A stretch of 62,993 nt of DNA, the filler included, from Lenisia limosa (taxonomy: Eukaryota; Protista; Breviatea): NCBI GenBank assembly GCA_001655205.1. It is 11 parts of 11 records of this genome, joined end to end, with 100 filler letters (N's around TTAATTAATTAA, not from the genome) between each part and the next. Parts side by side here need not be neighbours in the genome. Positions count along the whole stretch, not along the records: positions 12,688 to 27,901 come from LPNZ01002591.1; positions 28,002 to 29,125 come from LPNZ01008937.1; positions 29,226 to 40,991 come from LPNZ01008413.1; 8 more parts are not named here. One strand, given 5' to 3'. Of the stretch, positions 25,915-38,700 are shown piece by piece. The position numbers and the translations under genes are program-made. The stretch's first letter is position 1, and every line of letters begins with the position of its first letter. Below the pieces are notes generated by a model. That model had not been told where the DNA came from and did no database searches. It was given only the letters and a program-made list of their open reading frames with translations.

Positions 25915-26617
25915 TTCATCGGAATCCCTCACTCTTATCACTCTCGCCTCCCTTTAGCCTTTCTAAGGCTTCTTTCTTCTTCTTTTTTCTTCTTATTTCG
26001 ACAACCGTCGACTTCTCTTCTTTTTATAGCTTATTTCGATAATTTTTTCTTCCTTTTTTCTTCCCCTTGATCAATTATGGCTTTAAGATCAAGATTCAGC
26101 CCTATTTCATGGGCCATTTCGACTCTCTCTCTTTCTTTCGAACTCAATGAGGTTGGTGCAGTGGAGTGGGGTGTTTACCCTAGTGATTATCTTCAGTTTA
26201 TCCATCTTATATAACATGGTTGAATACGCCCTGCCCTGCCTTCCCTTGGATTTGGATTTGGGTGGTAATCTATGCTTGCTGCCATCCTTTTTTAACCAAA
26301 TTAATCCTTCAACATAATGGTTCTTTTGATGTTCCTTGTTCAACTTTGTTGATCTTATTGCACTCCCCAGGATGACGTTCGTGATTTTGTTGATGACAAC
26401 ACCAGCATCAAGGAAGTCATCAACAACTTCGCTGCCGCTGGCAGGACCGAGTGTCTCCTTTGGTGCGTTAGGTTTAACGAACACTATAATATTTATGACC
26501 GCTTAGGGCCTCTAACAACAACGAGGCTGACTCTTCTCTTCCCCTCATTGCGGTCTTTGACGGCTCCACAGACGACGTCCCAGGTTCGCATCTTTTATAG
26601 GGCTTGACTTGTCTCAT
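25915..26617 (-). CDS. Hypothetical basic protein, head-to-head with the dynein gene
   Basis: ATG at 26617 and ORF 26107-26484 (VFVKPNAPKETLGPASGSEVVDDFLDAGVVINKITNVILG...), followed by a K/E-rich segment; splicing uncertain. Confidence 0.3.
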
Positions 26618-26871
26618 GGTGTCTCGAGAAATATCAAATTTTTTACAAGTATTTTTGGAGCTGAAATGAATACTTATCAATCTTGCTCTCATTGAGAAAT
26701 GGATACTTATCAATCACGCTCTCATTGAGAAAGCTGGGCAACTCAAATTCTGAGTTGATATTATGTTAGAAATTAAAAACCTGGATTTTCAACAGAAAAA
26801 CAAGGCTTATTTTGTTTTTTATCACCAATCCAAACCAGATTTATTAGCCCTAATCAGTAGTACCACCATCC

Positions 26872-27810
26872 ATGCCTGCTTTCACAAGTGTAGAAAAGGC
26901 CGTGTACATGGTACGAACCACAGCTAAGGAGCTCACAGCCAACACAATCGACTCTGTAGTCACTGGCTGTCTCACTGGTAAGTTGCTATTCCGTTTGCCT
27001 ATATTGACCAATGGCTGACACTCGAAGGCGACGTCCTGACGTCACTGGCGCTCTCGTTAAAGAACGTGTACCACCCATCAGTCAGCATCCTGAACCGGCT
27101 AGAGCAGGAGCAGGCAGTGCAGAACAGCGCCCAACTTGGACTTGCGGCCCGGGTCAGGCAATATCTCGATGGCCTTGCCAAGGTGGGCCCTGAGTTAACC
27201 TGATTGCCTTATCTTCTCAGTTTGTGTCAGTTATTGATGAGTCGGCCCTCTGTTTGTCCGACGCTGTTGACCTCAGACGCCCGACGTTCCTGTCAAGTCA
27301 CAACGTAGGTTACCAGATCTTTTGATCCCATTATTTTGTACTCGTCCGTCACTCTTCCAGATTGAAAACAGATCCAAAGGCTACTACCGCGCCGCCCAAG
27401 TGCCCGAAATCGTCGCTTCCGTTGAGGGTAGGCTTCTCGCTAACGAGGTCCTTGTTCTAACCCGAGTAGAAGTTGTCGAGGAATGGTGCTTCCGTGTCGA
27501 AGACGTTTTGGCTGAATCCGAACAGGTTTGTTTCTTTGGTGCCACTTCAGTTTGACCAGTTAGGTCCGGCAAGAATCTGATGACATTGGACCGTCGGCTG
27601 AGTTGGACCATTGGAAGGCTCGGATGACAAGGTTCAACAGCTTCACAGACCTTCTCAAACAGGACGAATATCAGATTGTGATCGGTGGGAAGAACAACAG
27701 ACATTAGGCACTCTGACAAACTAGGCATCATGTGTGCTGCCAAGTCGCCGCACGAAAAGAAATGGAAGGAGCTTGAAGTTCGCATCGCTGACGCTGCGAA
27801 CGAAGCTAAG
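26872..27810 (+). CDS. DNAH5: Axonemal outer-arm dynein heavy chain (DNAH5/DNAH8, gamma-type), N-terminal tail exons only; truncated at scaffold end
   Basis: Spliced VEEWCFRVEDVLAESEQVRQESDDIGPSAELDHWKARMTRFNSFTDLLKQ...GIMCAAKSPHEKKWKELEVRIADAANEAK, matching the remembered DHC_N1 motif of DNAH5/8 (GPxAELxHWK...WRExDxRITDAxNEAK). DNAH5 versus DNAH8 cannot be separated. Confidence 0.85.
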
Positions 27811-27901
27811 GTGCGTAACGCTGCAAATGGGGTGATGCTTTTTATTATGCTTTTCAAAGCCTTGTGTTTGAGGCGTTATCTAATGATCCCCCCCCCCCCA
27901 A

Positions 27902-28001
27902 NNNNNNNNNNNNNNNNNNNNNNNNNNNNNNNNNNNNNNNNNNNNTTAATTAATTAANNNNNNNNNNNNNNNNNNNNNNNNNNNNNNNNNNNNNNNNNNN
28001 N
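27902..28001. other. Artificial scaffold spacer
   Basis: Same 100-nt N/TTAATTAATTAA/N structure. Confidence 0.95.
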
Positions 28002-28499
28002 TTATATATACAGTGTATATAATGTGCTCTGACCCCCACCCCCCATATATACATTTGATATGAAATAATATGATAATCGATATACTTTTTTTTTTTGAAA
28101 AACTCAATTTTCAATCAATTTCAATTCACATAAACAAAGTAGTAAATTAAAAAATCCTCGTCAAGTCAGTTTGGTTAACTTCGAGAACCGCTTTATCCAC
28201 AGTAGAAGGCTCCAACAGAATTTATTCCATTTCTCCAGTGAAATTCCCTTTTCTCTGAAAGAGGATGTGGCGTATATATACATTGTTCCTGGACCCCCAC
28301 TCCCTCCTTTTATATGTACATTTTATATACTACATTGGGATTTGCCTCTACCCTACCCTACCTACCCCAAATAAGCGTTATAAAAATATAATGACGACCC
28401 TCCTAAGATATTGCTTTATTGTTCTTTGGACTTGTTATTATCAGATATGCACAAGGTCCCAAAATATGTCGTTAATAGGACCTTGAGCATTGCTACAGG

Positions 28500-28584
28500 T
28501 AGGGCTTCACTTCGGTTTGAAAAAGATCTGCAAAATGTCGATAGTTTTTGAGGATTTATCGAGAAATTCCGAAGTGAAACCCTA
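28500..28584. mobile_element. hAT-type MITE family 1A copy
   Basis: TAGGGCTTCACTTCGG...CCGAAGTGAAACCCTA; TSD gctacagg/gctacaag (7/8). Confidence 0.85.
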
Positions 28585-28707
28585 GCTACAAGCTTCACTC
28601 AGTCCTGAAAATGTCTTAATTTCTTGATAATCATCGATATACTGAGACAGTGATAAGTGTTGATATATTTTCCCTGGGAAATCACATCAAAAAAAATCAG
28701 TCAAGAC

Positions 28708-28800
28708 TAGGGCTTTACTTAGGTTCGAAAATTGACTGAATTTATCGATAAATCTTCGAAATCTCTCGATATTTTACCTTCGAACTGTAGTGAAGCCATA
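28708..28800. mobile_element. hAT-type MITE family 1A copy
   Basis: Degenerate TIRs with a perfect 8-bp TSD gtcaagac. Confidence 0.85.
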
Positions 28801-28935
28801 GTCAAGACTATCCGGTAACTGTATTTTTCGATAGATCAATCTGTTTTGCCAGAATTTTTACGTTCCAGTCTCACCTATCGTACAGCCTCAACGCCAGTTT
28901 TATTCATCGAAATTTTCTTTGTTTTACTAACCCAG

Positions 28936-29039
28936 GTTTTGGTCGACCCAGATGAACGAATCGCTGCGGCCGCGCTTCAGTTCAATGAGAAACTGCTGTC
29001 CATTATCACCACCCACACCACCACCGCTGATATCTCAAA
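28936..29039 (+). CDS. Isolated internal exon of a hypothetical protein
   Basis: actaacccag acceptor and gtatgt donor enclose VLVDPDERIAAAALQFNEKLLSIITTHTTTADISK. Confidence 0.45.
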
Positions 29040-29125
29040 GTATGTTTTTTTCTCTCTTTCAATTGTTACGAACCCGTTGTCATCACCACCATAATCATCA
29101 CCATTATCATTGTTATTATCATCGT

Positions 29126-29225
29126 NNNNNNNNNNNNNNNNNNNNNNNNNNNNNNNNNNNNNNNNNNNNTTAATTAATTAANNNNNNNNNNNNNNNNNNN
29201 NNNNNNNNNNNNNNNNNNNNNNNNN
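29126..29225. other. Artificial scaffold spacer
   Basis: Same structure. Confidence 0.95.
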
Positions 29226-30579
29226 TACGCGGTCAAGGCCAAATACGCGGTCAAGGCCAAACTCGGCCACTTATATATATATATAATTATAGAAATGTGA
29301 AATAAAGATGTGTCTAGACGAAGCCGTCCACACCATCAAGCTTATTAGAGATATTGGATTATAGTATACTATTAATTCACCCAATCATTTGCCTTACAAC
29401 TCTGTGCACACAGCTTTCTGCGTGCCTCCCCAGCATACCTACAAGGATTAGATTCATAAATAAGGACAATAGCCTCAGCAGATTAACAAAGGTAGGCCCT
29501 CCTAAATCCGTCTTATGCTACAGATTCAGGAGGTGCCAGAGAGTTAGAATTACAGACATCAAGGGTTTTATAGAATAATACTATCGTTAATATTGATAAC
29601 GTCATCAGAGGAGGACAGAGTATAACCAACATAGGTATAATTGGTGTGTCTTCTTTTAATTGATTGTAGAATGTCTTCAGCTCTTTGAACAATGAGTCGA
29701 ATTCTCTTGTCTGTAATTGACCTGCCGGGTTGGGTTGTTAGGTTTCACAAATCCAAACTACATCTCACTTGGTTGGTCCTGAACATTTTCTATCTTCAAT
29801 GTGCGACTGTTATCTTCATCATACTCCATCCAGAGAATGTTATCATTCCTGATAATAGTCAATGAGTTGAAACAGTGAGGCTGATGGTGTGCTCAAACAG
29901 ACAGTAAAGGAAGCGATAATGCCACTTGTGAAAATACAAGAGAAACTATCAAAAAAGATAGCATATTGAATAATATCATATTAATTACTTTCAGAAATTG
30001 TTTTGGACTGGTATATTGGTGTATTGGTATAATCGGTAAATACTCCTTGGGTGAGAGTGGGAACAACAATTTCCATCATCAGTTACCAAATGGGGATTTG
30101 GGATCAAAGTGCCTCTTGGGGTACACGCTTGGTATTATTATTTTATTATTATTATGGTATTATGGTATTATTATACAAGGGTGATACACAAGGGGCTAGA
30201 GACAGTTAGAGAGCGCAGTGGTGAAGTACCATGACGGGTGTTCCTAATATGGCAACTATCCGCTATTTTATCTATATGTGTAATTATTATAATTAACTTT
30301 TGCTTTTCTTTTTTGCTTGTATAAATGCTTTTGAACTTTTTGCTTTGCAAAGCTTAGAGAAATAATTATCACTAAATATATAATAAATAAAAACATTGGT
30401 AAAAAAACAGCGAGAGAGCAAGTTGAGACCGAGCAAAGAACAGCGTGTTTTGTATGCTCCAGACGCTGACTCGTACCCTTCTTAGCTGCTTTAAGACAAT
30501 TTTTAGCAGCTATATATAATTAGCAGGAAAAGAGTCCTGAACAGGCACCTCCTTCTGATTTCCCTTTTCAACAGGCATT

Positions 30580-33500
30580 ATGGAGGCGTACCAGCCGTTC
30601 TTGCTCCAATGGGTCTGAATATATGGATTAAGAGCGTTTAAGAATATTTAATAAGGTTATTTAACCCCCTAGGTTCGGCTTTTTGATAGCACAGTGGAGG
30701 TGGAGGATCTTTCTGATGGCGTAGTGCTGCAGAAGATCCTGGCTAATTTGTTNNNNNNNNNNNNNNNNNNNNNNNNNNNNNNNNNNNNNNNNNNNNNNNN
30801 NNNNNNNNNNNNNNNNNNNNNNNNNNNNNNNNNNNNNNNNNNNNNNNNNNNNNNNNNNNNTCGCCCTTCAATGTCTCACTGCTCATAGTATACCAAACCC
30901 CTTTGGGTCGCTTTCAATATCAGAGAGGACAGACAACCACATCATTGCCAGCACCAATGTGTCGCGGCTCATCCAGGCGCTTGACTCGTTCCTCAATGCA
31001 CACAACATGCCAGCTTCTGAGATCAACGCCGCTTCCGTTGCACAGCTAAAGGTGGGCTGCTTGGGAACTGCCTTGCAATCTTCGATAAGATCTCTATACT
31101 TCTTCGCATTACTTCGAAGGAGCCAGAAGACATTTGTCAACTCGTGGTGTCGTGTCTTGTCGCCGTGTTCTTTGGTGCCGGTTTGTAAAATAGCACGTCT
31201 TTGGTTTCACCTGCATAGAGGAGCAGCTTATGGATAAGCTGAGTGACCATGATGAGCTGCAGGAAAAGCTCTTCGACATCCTCAATGTGATTATTGAGGG
31301 AGGAAATGGCTCACCAGATATGTGCGGCGAGGGATCATTGGACATCTTTTCTTGTCTATTTTGAGAAAATGACCGTCACAGTTTGGAAGAAACAGAGGAG
31401 TTGAAAAACGTAATCTTTGAACTTCAGTCTACGCAGGTTTGCTGGGACTTCTATTATGCTCTTGAATGGACATGAAGATTTGATCACAACAATAGGAGAG
31501 GCTCCAAGAAGAGAACCAACATCTTCTTGAGACCATTCGAACTCTACAGGAGTCTGCCGCCACAGTCACGCCGGCCGAGTCATCCAGCCAGCCCATTGTC
31601 ACCCAGTTGCAGGCCGAACTGGACCAAGCCAAGAAGGAAGGGTGGGATGCCCTCCACGGAGGAAAGATCTGATTGTTCAGGGAGGAGAAGGCGTCGTTTT
31701 TGACGGTTGAACTAGCGCAGAAGAATGATGAGATCATCCAGCTGACACGGACCGCGGCGACGGCCTCGTTGCTGGAGGAGCGCGTCAATGGGCTCAAGGT
31801 TCGGCCTTGATCACGTGGCAATTCTTTACGTCATGTAGTCAGAGCTGGAGGATAAGGCAACTGAATGGGAAGCCGAAAAAACCGATCTCACCACTCACGC
31901 TGCCAAACTGAAAAAGGAGGTAAGGCACGCTTGTCCACGCGATTCGTTTTACAAAAATTATCAATAACTGTTTTTTCAATGTTCACCCGTCAGTCCGAAG
32001 CATTGACATCCCTACAAATGGACTACAAAGACCTTCAGGAGGAGCACGGAACCATCAAGGCCAGGCTGGAAGTGGTGAACAAGGGCCAGGTAAGGTACTT
32101 ACTGTTCTTGGTACTGTTATGAAAAATGCGGGAATATTTGAAGGTACCAGGCTATATGATAGATTCACACTTCAGACGCTGCTGGCTCATGCTAATGAAA
32201 CAATTGATGAGCTCACCAGACAGAGTAAGTCATTTTATTGCGCACTCTTATCGGGTTGATATTTAGGGGGGTTTTGTAGTTTAATACGCCCCCCCCCTCC
32301 CCCAAGAAAGACTAACAACACAGATGGTTCATTGGAAGTTGAGTTAGTCCGGACCCAGGCAGAAAAAGATTTCCAACACCAAGCTGTAGGCAGCGGGGTT
32401 TTGCTCATCAAATATGTGTATTAGCATCTGCTATATTGCAAGTGTAGAAACGTTTATTTATTTAAAGACGAAGGGGAAACGAACGGATTAGAGCTGGATT
32501 TGAAAGACGGAGGCACCAGAGGAGATAGGATATGCAAAGCAAAATACAGCACGCACATATTTATAGGACAAGGCTTTCTTTGTATCACATCTACTGATGT
32601 CAACTCTCTAGGCTGAAGAGAGCAAGGCCGCTCTGGCTGAGGTCAAGATCAAAGAGTCAGAACTGATCACCAAGCTGATGGCAGCCGAGAACCGTGCTGA
32701 TGCTGCAGAGGCGAAGGTGGGAAATGAGGGTTAATTGTACAATTTGAACAAGGGTCTATCTGCATTTGATATTTATACATCATTCACAGTTTAGCTGGGT
32801 GCAATTAGTCAGGGAAGCGTTGATGATGAAGACTCCGTGCTTGCTGTTGTGGGTACCTGCTTATGAACTGTTCTCAACCCTACGTATTATTGTCATCTTT
32901 TTTGTAGATGATCCGAGATTTGAGAGCGGAAGTGCTGCGATTGGAGAAGGAAAACGCCAGAATGTTCAGTGAAGGGTAAGGTGGTGACTTTCGAATATTT
33001 TTGCCCATTCACTTCATACTTCTATCCACCCAACCTTACTTTCTCAGTACCCATGAGCAATCTTCACAGCAGCTCATGCTCACCAATCGGCTCGACACCG
33101 CATTGCGGGCTAAGGAAGAAATGGTGAAAGAAGCCAACACGGCACTGCTGAGGGCTGTCGAGGCGGAGAAGAAACTGACCAAAGTCGAGGTAGCGAACAC
33201 CTTTGTCATGCGCTCGTTCTGACCTTTTAGACGGATGTGGAAGCGAGTCGTGCTACTATCACGTCTCTGGAGGTGCGACTGAGCAGTGCCCAAGCAGACA
33301 GCGACAGAATTTCCGATCTCACCACCGCTAACAACAGACTCAAGGTTTGCAACTCTTTACTCTGACTGATGGAAGTATGCGCAATTCAATGATAAAACAT
33401 TAATACTTTTCTTGTGCACCTTAATAATTGCACCGCCACCCCCCAGGCCGAACTTGCCCACCTCACAGATTCGCTCAAAGCTCAGCACGCTCTTTCTCAA

Positions 33501-35513
33501 GACAAGCTCGCCAACTTGCAGGTTTGATACCCAACCATCGCATCTCATATATAGCATCGCACTATTCTCATTCCTCGCAGCAAGACATGGAGTTTGCATC
33601 TCAGCAAAGCGTTGCCACTGCCTCTCTTGAAGTGACTAAACTCCAGCAGGTAAGTGGTATACTGATGGTATCTTACTCACCTCACCAGAGTTCCAGTACC
33701 AACCAAATTGAGACAGAGCGGCTTCAAAATGAGCTGAACGTGAGTCATTGTATTTCACACAGAGAGCCTGGACCAGGGATGATCAAAATAGACAGATTAA
33801 CTCACGCTCACTAATCTATTTTGATCTGCAGATAGATATCTAGGATGGAGTGGACAAATGGTTGGATACACTAAATATTTAACATGGATGTCTCAGGCAT
33901 TACACATTTCTACGTTCTATTTTGATACCACAGGCGTCACGTGAGCGCGTGAAGAAGCTTGAAGACGAGAAGGTTGCCTTTCAGTCTCAGATTGCTGAGC
34001 ACAGAGAGGCGCTCACCCGGTCTTCCATTGCAGTTCAGAGAGCAGAGGACAGGGTGGGGGTTGGCTTTATCGGCATCATCTATCACACCTGTGTTACCTG
34101 CTTACGCCACCAGGGGCAGCGGTTCGAAGACGACATTGTTGAGGAGAGACGAGCCTGCAAGGAGGCACGTGACCAAGTGGCAGCCGCGAGCTTGACCCAA
34201 GCAAGGACAGAAGTTGAAATGGAGGTATGGCTCTAGTTCCTGCTAATGTCTCAGAGTTTGCGGTCATCAGTGCGGGATCTGAAGGAGCAAATAAGCAGGA
34301 CTGAGTCAAGAGCGTCTGAAAGTGAAAAGGCCGTGCGCGATGCTGTGGTGGAGACTGGGTTTGAGAGAACCCGGGCTGCTGAGCTCCAAACAAAACTCAG
34401 GTGATTTGTGATATCTTTTCACTTGGATTCATCCCGACACCATTCTCACCCCTCCCTCAGTCATCTGAACTCCCGTATTGCCGAAATGGAAGCACTAATT
34501 GAAACCCATGAACGAGCAAATGAAGTGAGTCAACTATGCGCACCGTGTTTTTTATCATAAAGCATTTTAAAAACAATGATGCAAGTGTATTTTTGATTGG
34601 CTTTGGGAATCTGACTGAACTCTTTAGGAAACCGTAGCCAAATTGAAGGCCTTCAAGGAGGAGTCCCAAAGTACGTCTGAATAGCGCCACACTAGTGTAA
34701 CCCTTCAGGTCAGCTCAGTAACGCCAAGAACGAGGCGCTGGCGCAAAAGAAGTCCTGTTCTGAAGCGATCCAACGCGCTGAGGCCGCCGAAGCCAGAGCC
34801 TCCAAACCCCAGGATAGTAACGTGTGCTTGCCCGCCTTTTTTTATTTTACTTCTCAAACATTTCACTTTACGCTGTGCTTTGTTGTACTGTTGTCTTGTA
34901 TCTACAGTTCAACACTACCGAACAGTGTGTTCTAACTTTGCCAGTAGAGCTGATACTTTGAGTCTTTCTCATACCCCCCCCCCCCCNNNNNNNNNNNNNN
35001 NNNNNNNNNNNNNNNNNNNNNNNNNNNNNNNNNNNNNNNNNNNNNNNNNNNNNNNNNNNNNNNNNNNNNNNNNNNNNNNNNNNNNNNNNNNNNNNNNNNN
35101 NGACAACGGAAAACACGAAACTCAAGAAATTCGTGTATACACAGAAAGCCAAGGTAGGCTTATGCTTTTGGCTTTCTCACAGTCTAGTTGACAAAATATG
35201 AAAAAGAGCGGGTGGACCTCTTGAAACAAAACGAGGTGGGAAGGCCTTCCCTTGTACAATTCACGTTTTCCTCCCTTATTTTGCAGCTTCAAAAAGAGAG
35301 TATTGCGGCTGACCGGCTGAATGAGTCCAAACTCGTCCTGACCTGTCTCACTGAAAGCGCCATTAAGGTGCGTATATCTGTTGCATCGCCTCCGATCTCT
35401 TGCACTTCTTATCTCGACAGAACCAAAAGACCTCACAGCAGTTCCGCATAACAGACAAGCACAGGCCCTTGAGTAGGTGGTGGGACAACAGACAGGCACA
35501 GGCCCTTGAGTAG
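30580..35513 (+). CDS. Hook-family-like protein (N-terminal Hook-type CH domain plus long coiled coil), roughly 30 exons
   Basis: MEAYQPFLLQWVRLFDSTVEVEDLSDGVVLQKILANL...ASTNVSRLIQALDSFL...EPEDICQLVVSCLVAVF...EEQLMDKLSDHDELQEKLFDIL resembles the Hook/CCDC88 CH domain. Many heptad-rich exons follow, ending in a C-terminal DRLNESKLVLTCLTESAIK segment. Confidence 0.7.
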
Positions 35514-35759
35514 GTGGTGGGGTATGAATGACAGCAATTCTGACTGCCTAGGCTTGCTGAATTTGCATCGCCAAAATATGTCCCCTTTTCGTGGTAAGTA
35601 ATTGTTTCCTTAATTGACTGTTTCCTTTGTACTTTACTGAAGTGATGAATGTGATCTGCCTTTTTCTTTGCTTTTGAGTAGTGGAATAATAAATAAATAC
35701 AGACAACATATCAGGCCAGGGCCTCTTCATCTTCAGAATACGATGAGAAATCTACACGG

Positions 35760-38700
35760 TCAGATGAGTAACTGGTCAGCCTTCCAATACCCACTGGAAG
35801 CATCAACCGCCGCGATAGAAGAGTCGTCATCACTGACATCAACATCTGAGGGGTCAACAATCGCCGGAAAATGAGACGCATACCCTCCGTTTTTATCGGC
35901 TCGTTACCAACAACCACGGTTTCAGGCGATGTGCCAGGGAACACGGAATAACTGTCATACTCTGCTGAGTTAACCCAATATTCCAAACAAGGTCCTACCC
36001 ATATCCGTATCAGGCTGCTCCTCATCTGATGAGAGACGAGCGAGGTCCTCAACATTCTCCGCAATGGCATCGGCTTTGGGGAACTCCTCAATGTCACCCT
36101 CCGTGAACTGCATTGAAAACCGCTTCTAAACAAGTAAGCAAAAGACCAAGATGAGAGGGCCTAACGTACATTGTTTTCGCTCAGTGCAGACTTATCAGGA
36201 AGGTCAGGGTCTCCAGTAGCTGAAATGTAAAAAAGGGCAACGGTAACTTACCAATGAAAGTGTCAGCTGTCGGCTCCCCCTCGATACTGTAATGGTGAGC
36301 AGCGGTATCGGGGGCAGAAGCTTTACATACCTCAATTCTTGCAAGTCGTCGTTGGCATTCCTCCAGTCAACAGTCTCAACACCCTCGGTGGCAACAATGT
36401 TGTTCTAAAGGGTCAAGGCTTCAGGGGCCATAGATACGTATCAAGACTCTCAGAAGCAAAAAGCGTTTAGTGCTACATACCAAATCAGCACTGTTGAATT
36501 GTTCGGGATTCCCGGTTGGAGTGTCGTCACTCTCCTCCTCAACTAGAGAGTCATCGATAGCGGCGGACCTACTTGGGTTGTACATCGGCATAGCAGCAGT
36601 AGCGGTCATGGGTGCCGTGGCTGGGGGGTCAATAACGCCATCGGACTTACGTGACTGGAGGGCGGGCGTATTGATACAAGGCGCTTCCAATGTCGGGTGA
36701 GCTCTGAAATGGTCAGACGGTCAGACAGGTTACCCTCACCCTTCAGTATCAACTCCAATTTTGAGGTCCAAAACTGCGGAAGAATAGAGCTTGCACGCAT
36801 GCGCCTGAAGGCATCAGAACGAAACACCAAAACACGGCATTCTTAAAATCATATCAGATACTCACCTGGAAATCAATAACCTGAGAAAGGTCCAAGCTGG
36901 AGAGTACGGCAGTCTAGGGGGTCAGTTCGGCGGCGAATGGCCAACCTCAGTGAGGAACTTGAGGAGGCGTTCTTGGGCAGCCTTGACCGGGGGGACTGGG
37001 GGGTTGCTCAGACGCTCCACTACTGACATGCACTGCATCATGAGACAGAAGAAATGCCAAACAGAGAGTTGGTCAAATATAAAGATAGTACCCACAATTC
37101 TATTGTCTTGTAGCATGAGTTGAGTGTAGAGCTCTTGAACAGCCTAAAGTATGAGAGAAAAGAGCAAAGTTCACGCCATTTACAAGGCTGCAAATATCAA
37201 AGCAACATAGCATTACACCTCTCACGGTGCTTGTTCTTGACTTGAGTAGAGGCAGAACCTGCAAGCAGTTCTCAGCAACACCCTTCAGAACTGAGTGCGC
37301 AATGCGCCTCGGCGTGGCGCTAGGCGATTATCTCAGAAACGAGTGCCAACCTGATGGCGTGTTTGGCCACAATTGCAGCTCCTAACACCGGCGTATTGGA
37401 GGGGTCCTGGAACATAAAACCTAATGGCAAATGAGCCATCAATAACAAGACGCATGCGGTAATATTACCAGGCCAAGCCTCACGGTGATGGCCAGGCCGG
37501 CGGCGGCAAGGAGAAAGCGTCCAGCCTCGGGGCAAATGTCGAAGAGGCTCGGAAGCACAGAGTCCAGAGTAACGTTAACCACTTCCGTCCGTTTAGTGTC
37601 CGAAAGGAGACTTGCCAGGCCAGATAGCTGAAGCGGTCAGTTCAAGGTCCACTTGTGCTCCAAGAACCCCGTAAAATATGAATCAATTGTGACGAATCAA
37701 CCGCCCCCCACATCGTCTACGGCCTCGAGATTGCCGCAGTCTATTCCCGCCCGGAATCCTGAGGCAATGTGGCTGTTCGGAAGGACCGCCTGGAGAGAGA
37801 GGTATTGATTAAACAGAATATACAATGACCGGGATAAGTCTTGACCGATTTGCTCTGTGATTTCCCAAGGAAAATCATTCTGGCTACTATATGTATGCAG
37901 GGTTCATTGTGAAATGTGTGTTATCAGACGTTTGACCTCCGCACCTGGAAAGCCATTTCAGCCTCTAAGACTCGAGCCAGATCCCCAGTTTCCAAAACGG
38001 AGATAACACTGTCCAAGAGATGGATGGCCACAAGCAGAGACGCCAACTGCAGTGTCAGACAAAAGCCAAGGGCCCTACTGGGGAGGCTTCGTCAGGGTAC
38101 ACTTCAACGAAGGTTGAGACCAGAGCAATGCCGGGATGGCTGTCGGAAAGGTCCAAGACTAGAGGAATGAGGGTGACGGCAACCTACAGGACGACTTGAA
38201 GGATGTTTTCAAGGCAGTGTTGCTGCTGAGTTTGGTGGTGACCAAAGGCACAAGTCGGCCTGCAATAAAGGCCATGTTGAACGGAGTATCCCTACAGGGG
38301 GGGGGGGNNNNNNNNNNCACCATGACAGAAGCAGGTTGTTTGTCATACCGGTAGGACCTATGTAAAGTGTGCGATATTACACCAAATCATATTAGAACAA
38401 AACAGTGAAACTTTATTTATGTATTTCGTGCCATAGTATGATATTTGCAAATAATGGCGGAACTGAGAAAGGAAGTACAATGTTGATACAAGTTGAGAAC
38501 CTAATGGATGGATGAAAGCCTCTTGGATATATATTTAATGAGATTCTCGGTCACGTTTGCACAAGTTTAAGCTCCTATTCACTCATTACCCACATAAGAC
38601 AAAGCAAGTGTATGAACACTATTATATGATATTATACTTGTCTCCGGACTTGGTATACGCTGTACGGCTTCCGAACTCAGCTCATAAGCGCTTTAGCTCC

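Noticed and set aside
35451-35521. 37-bp duplication over the Hook-like stop as a programmed frameshift or readthrough signal
   Set aside because: It is simply explained as a tandem microduplication changing a few C-terminal residues; no slippery site or structure was seen.
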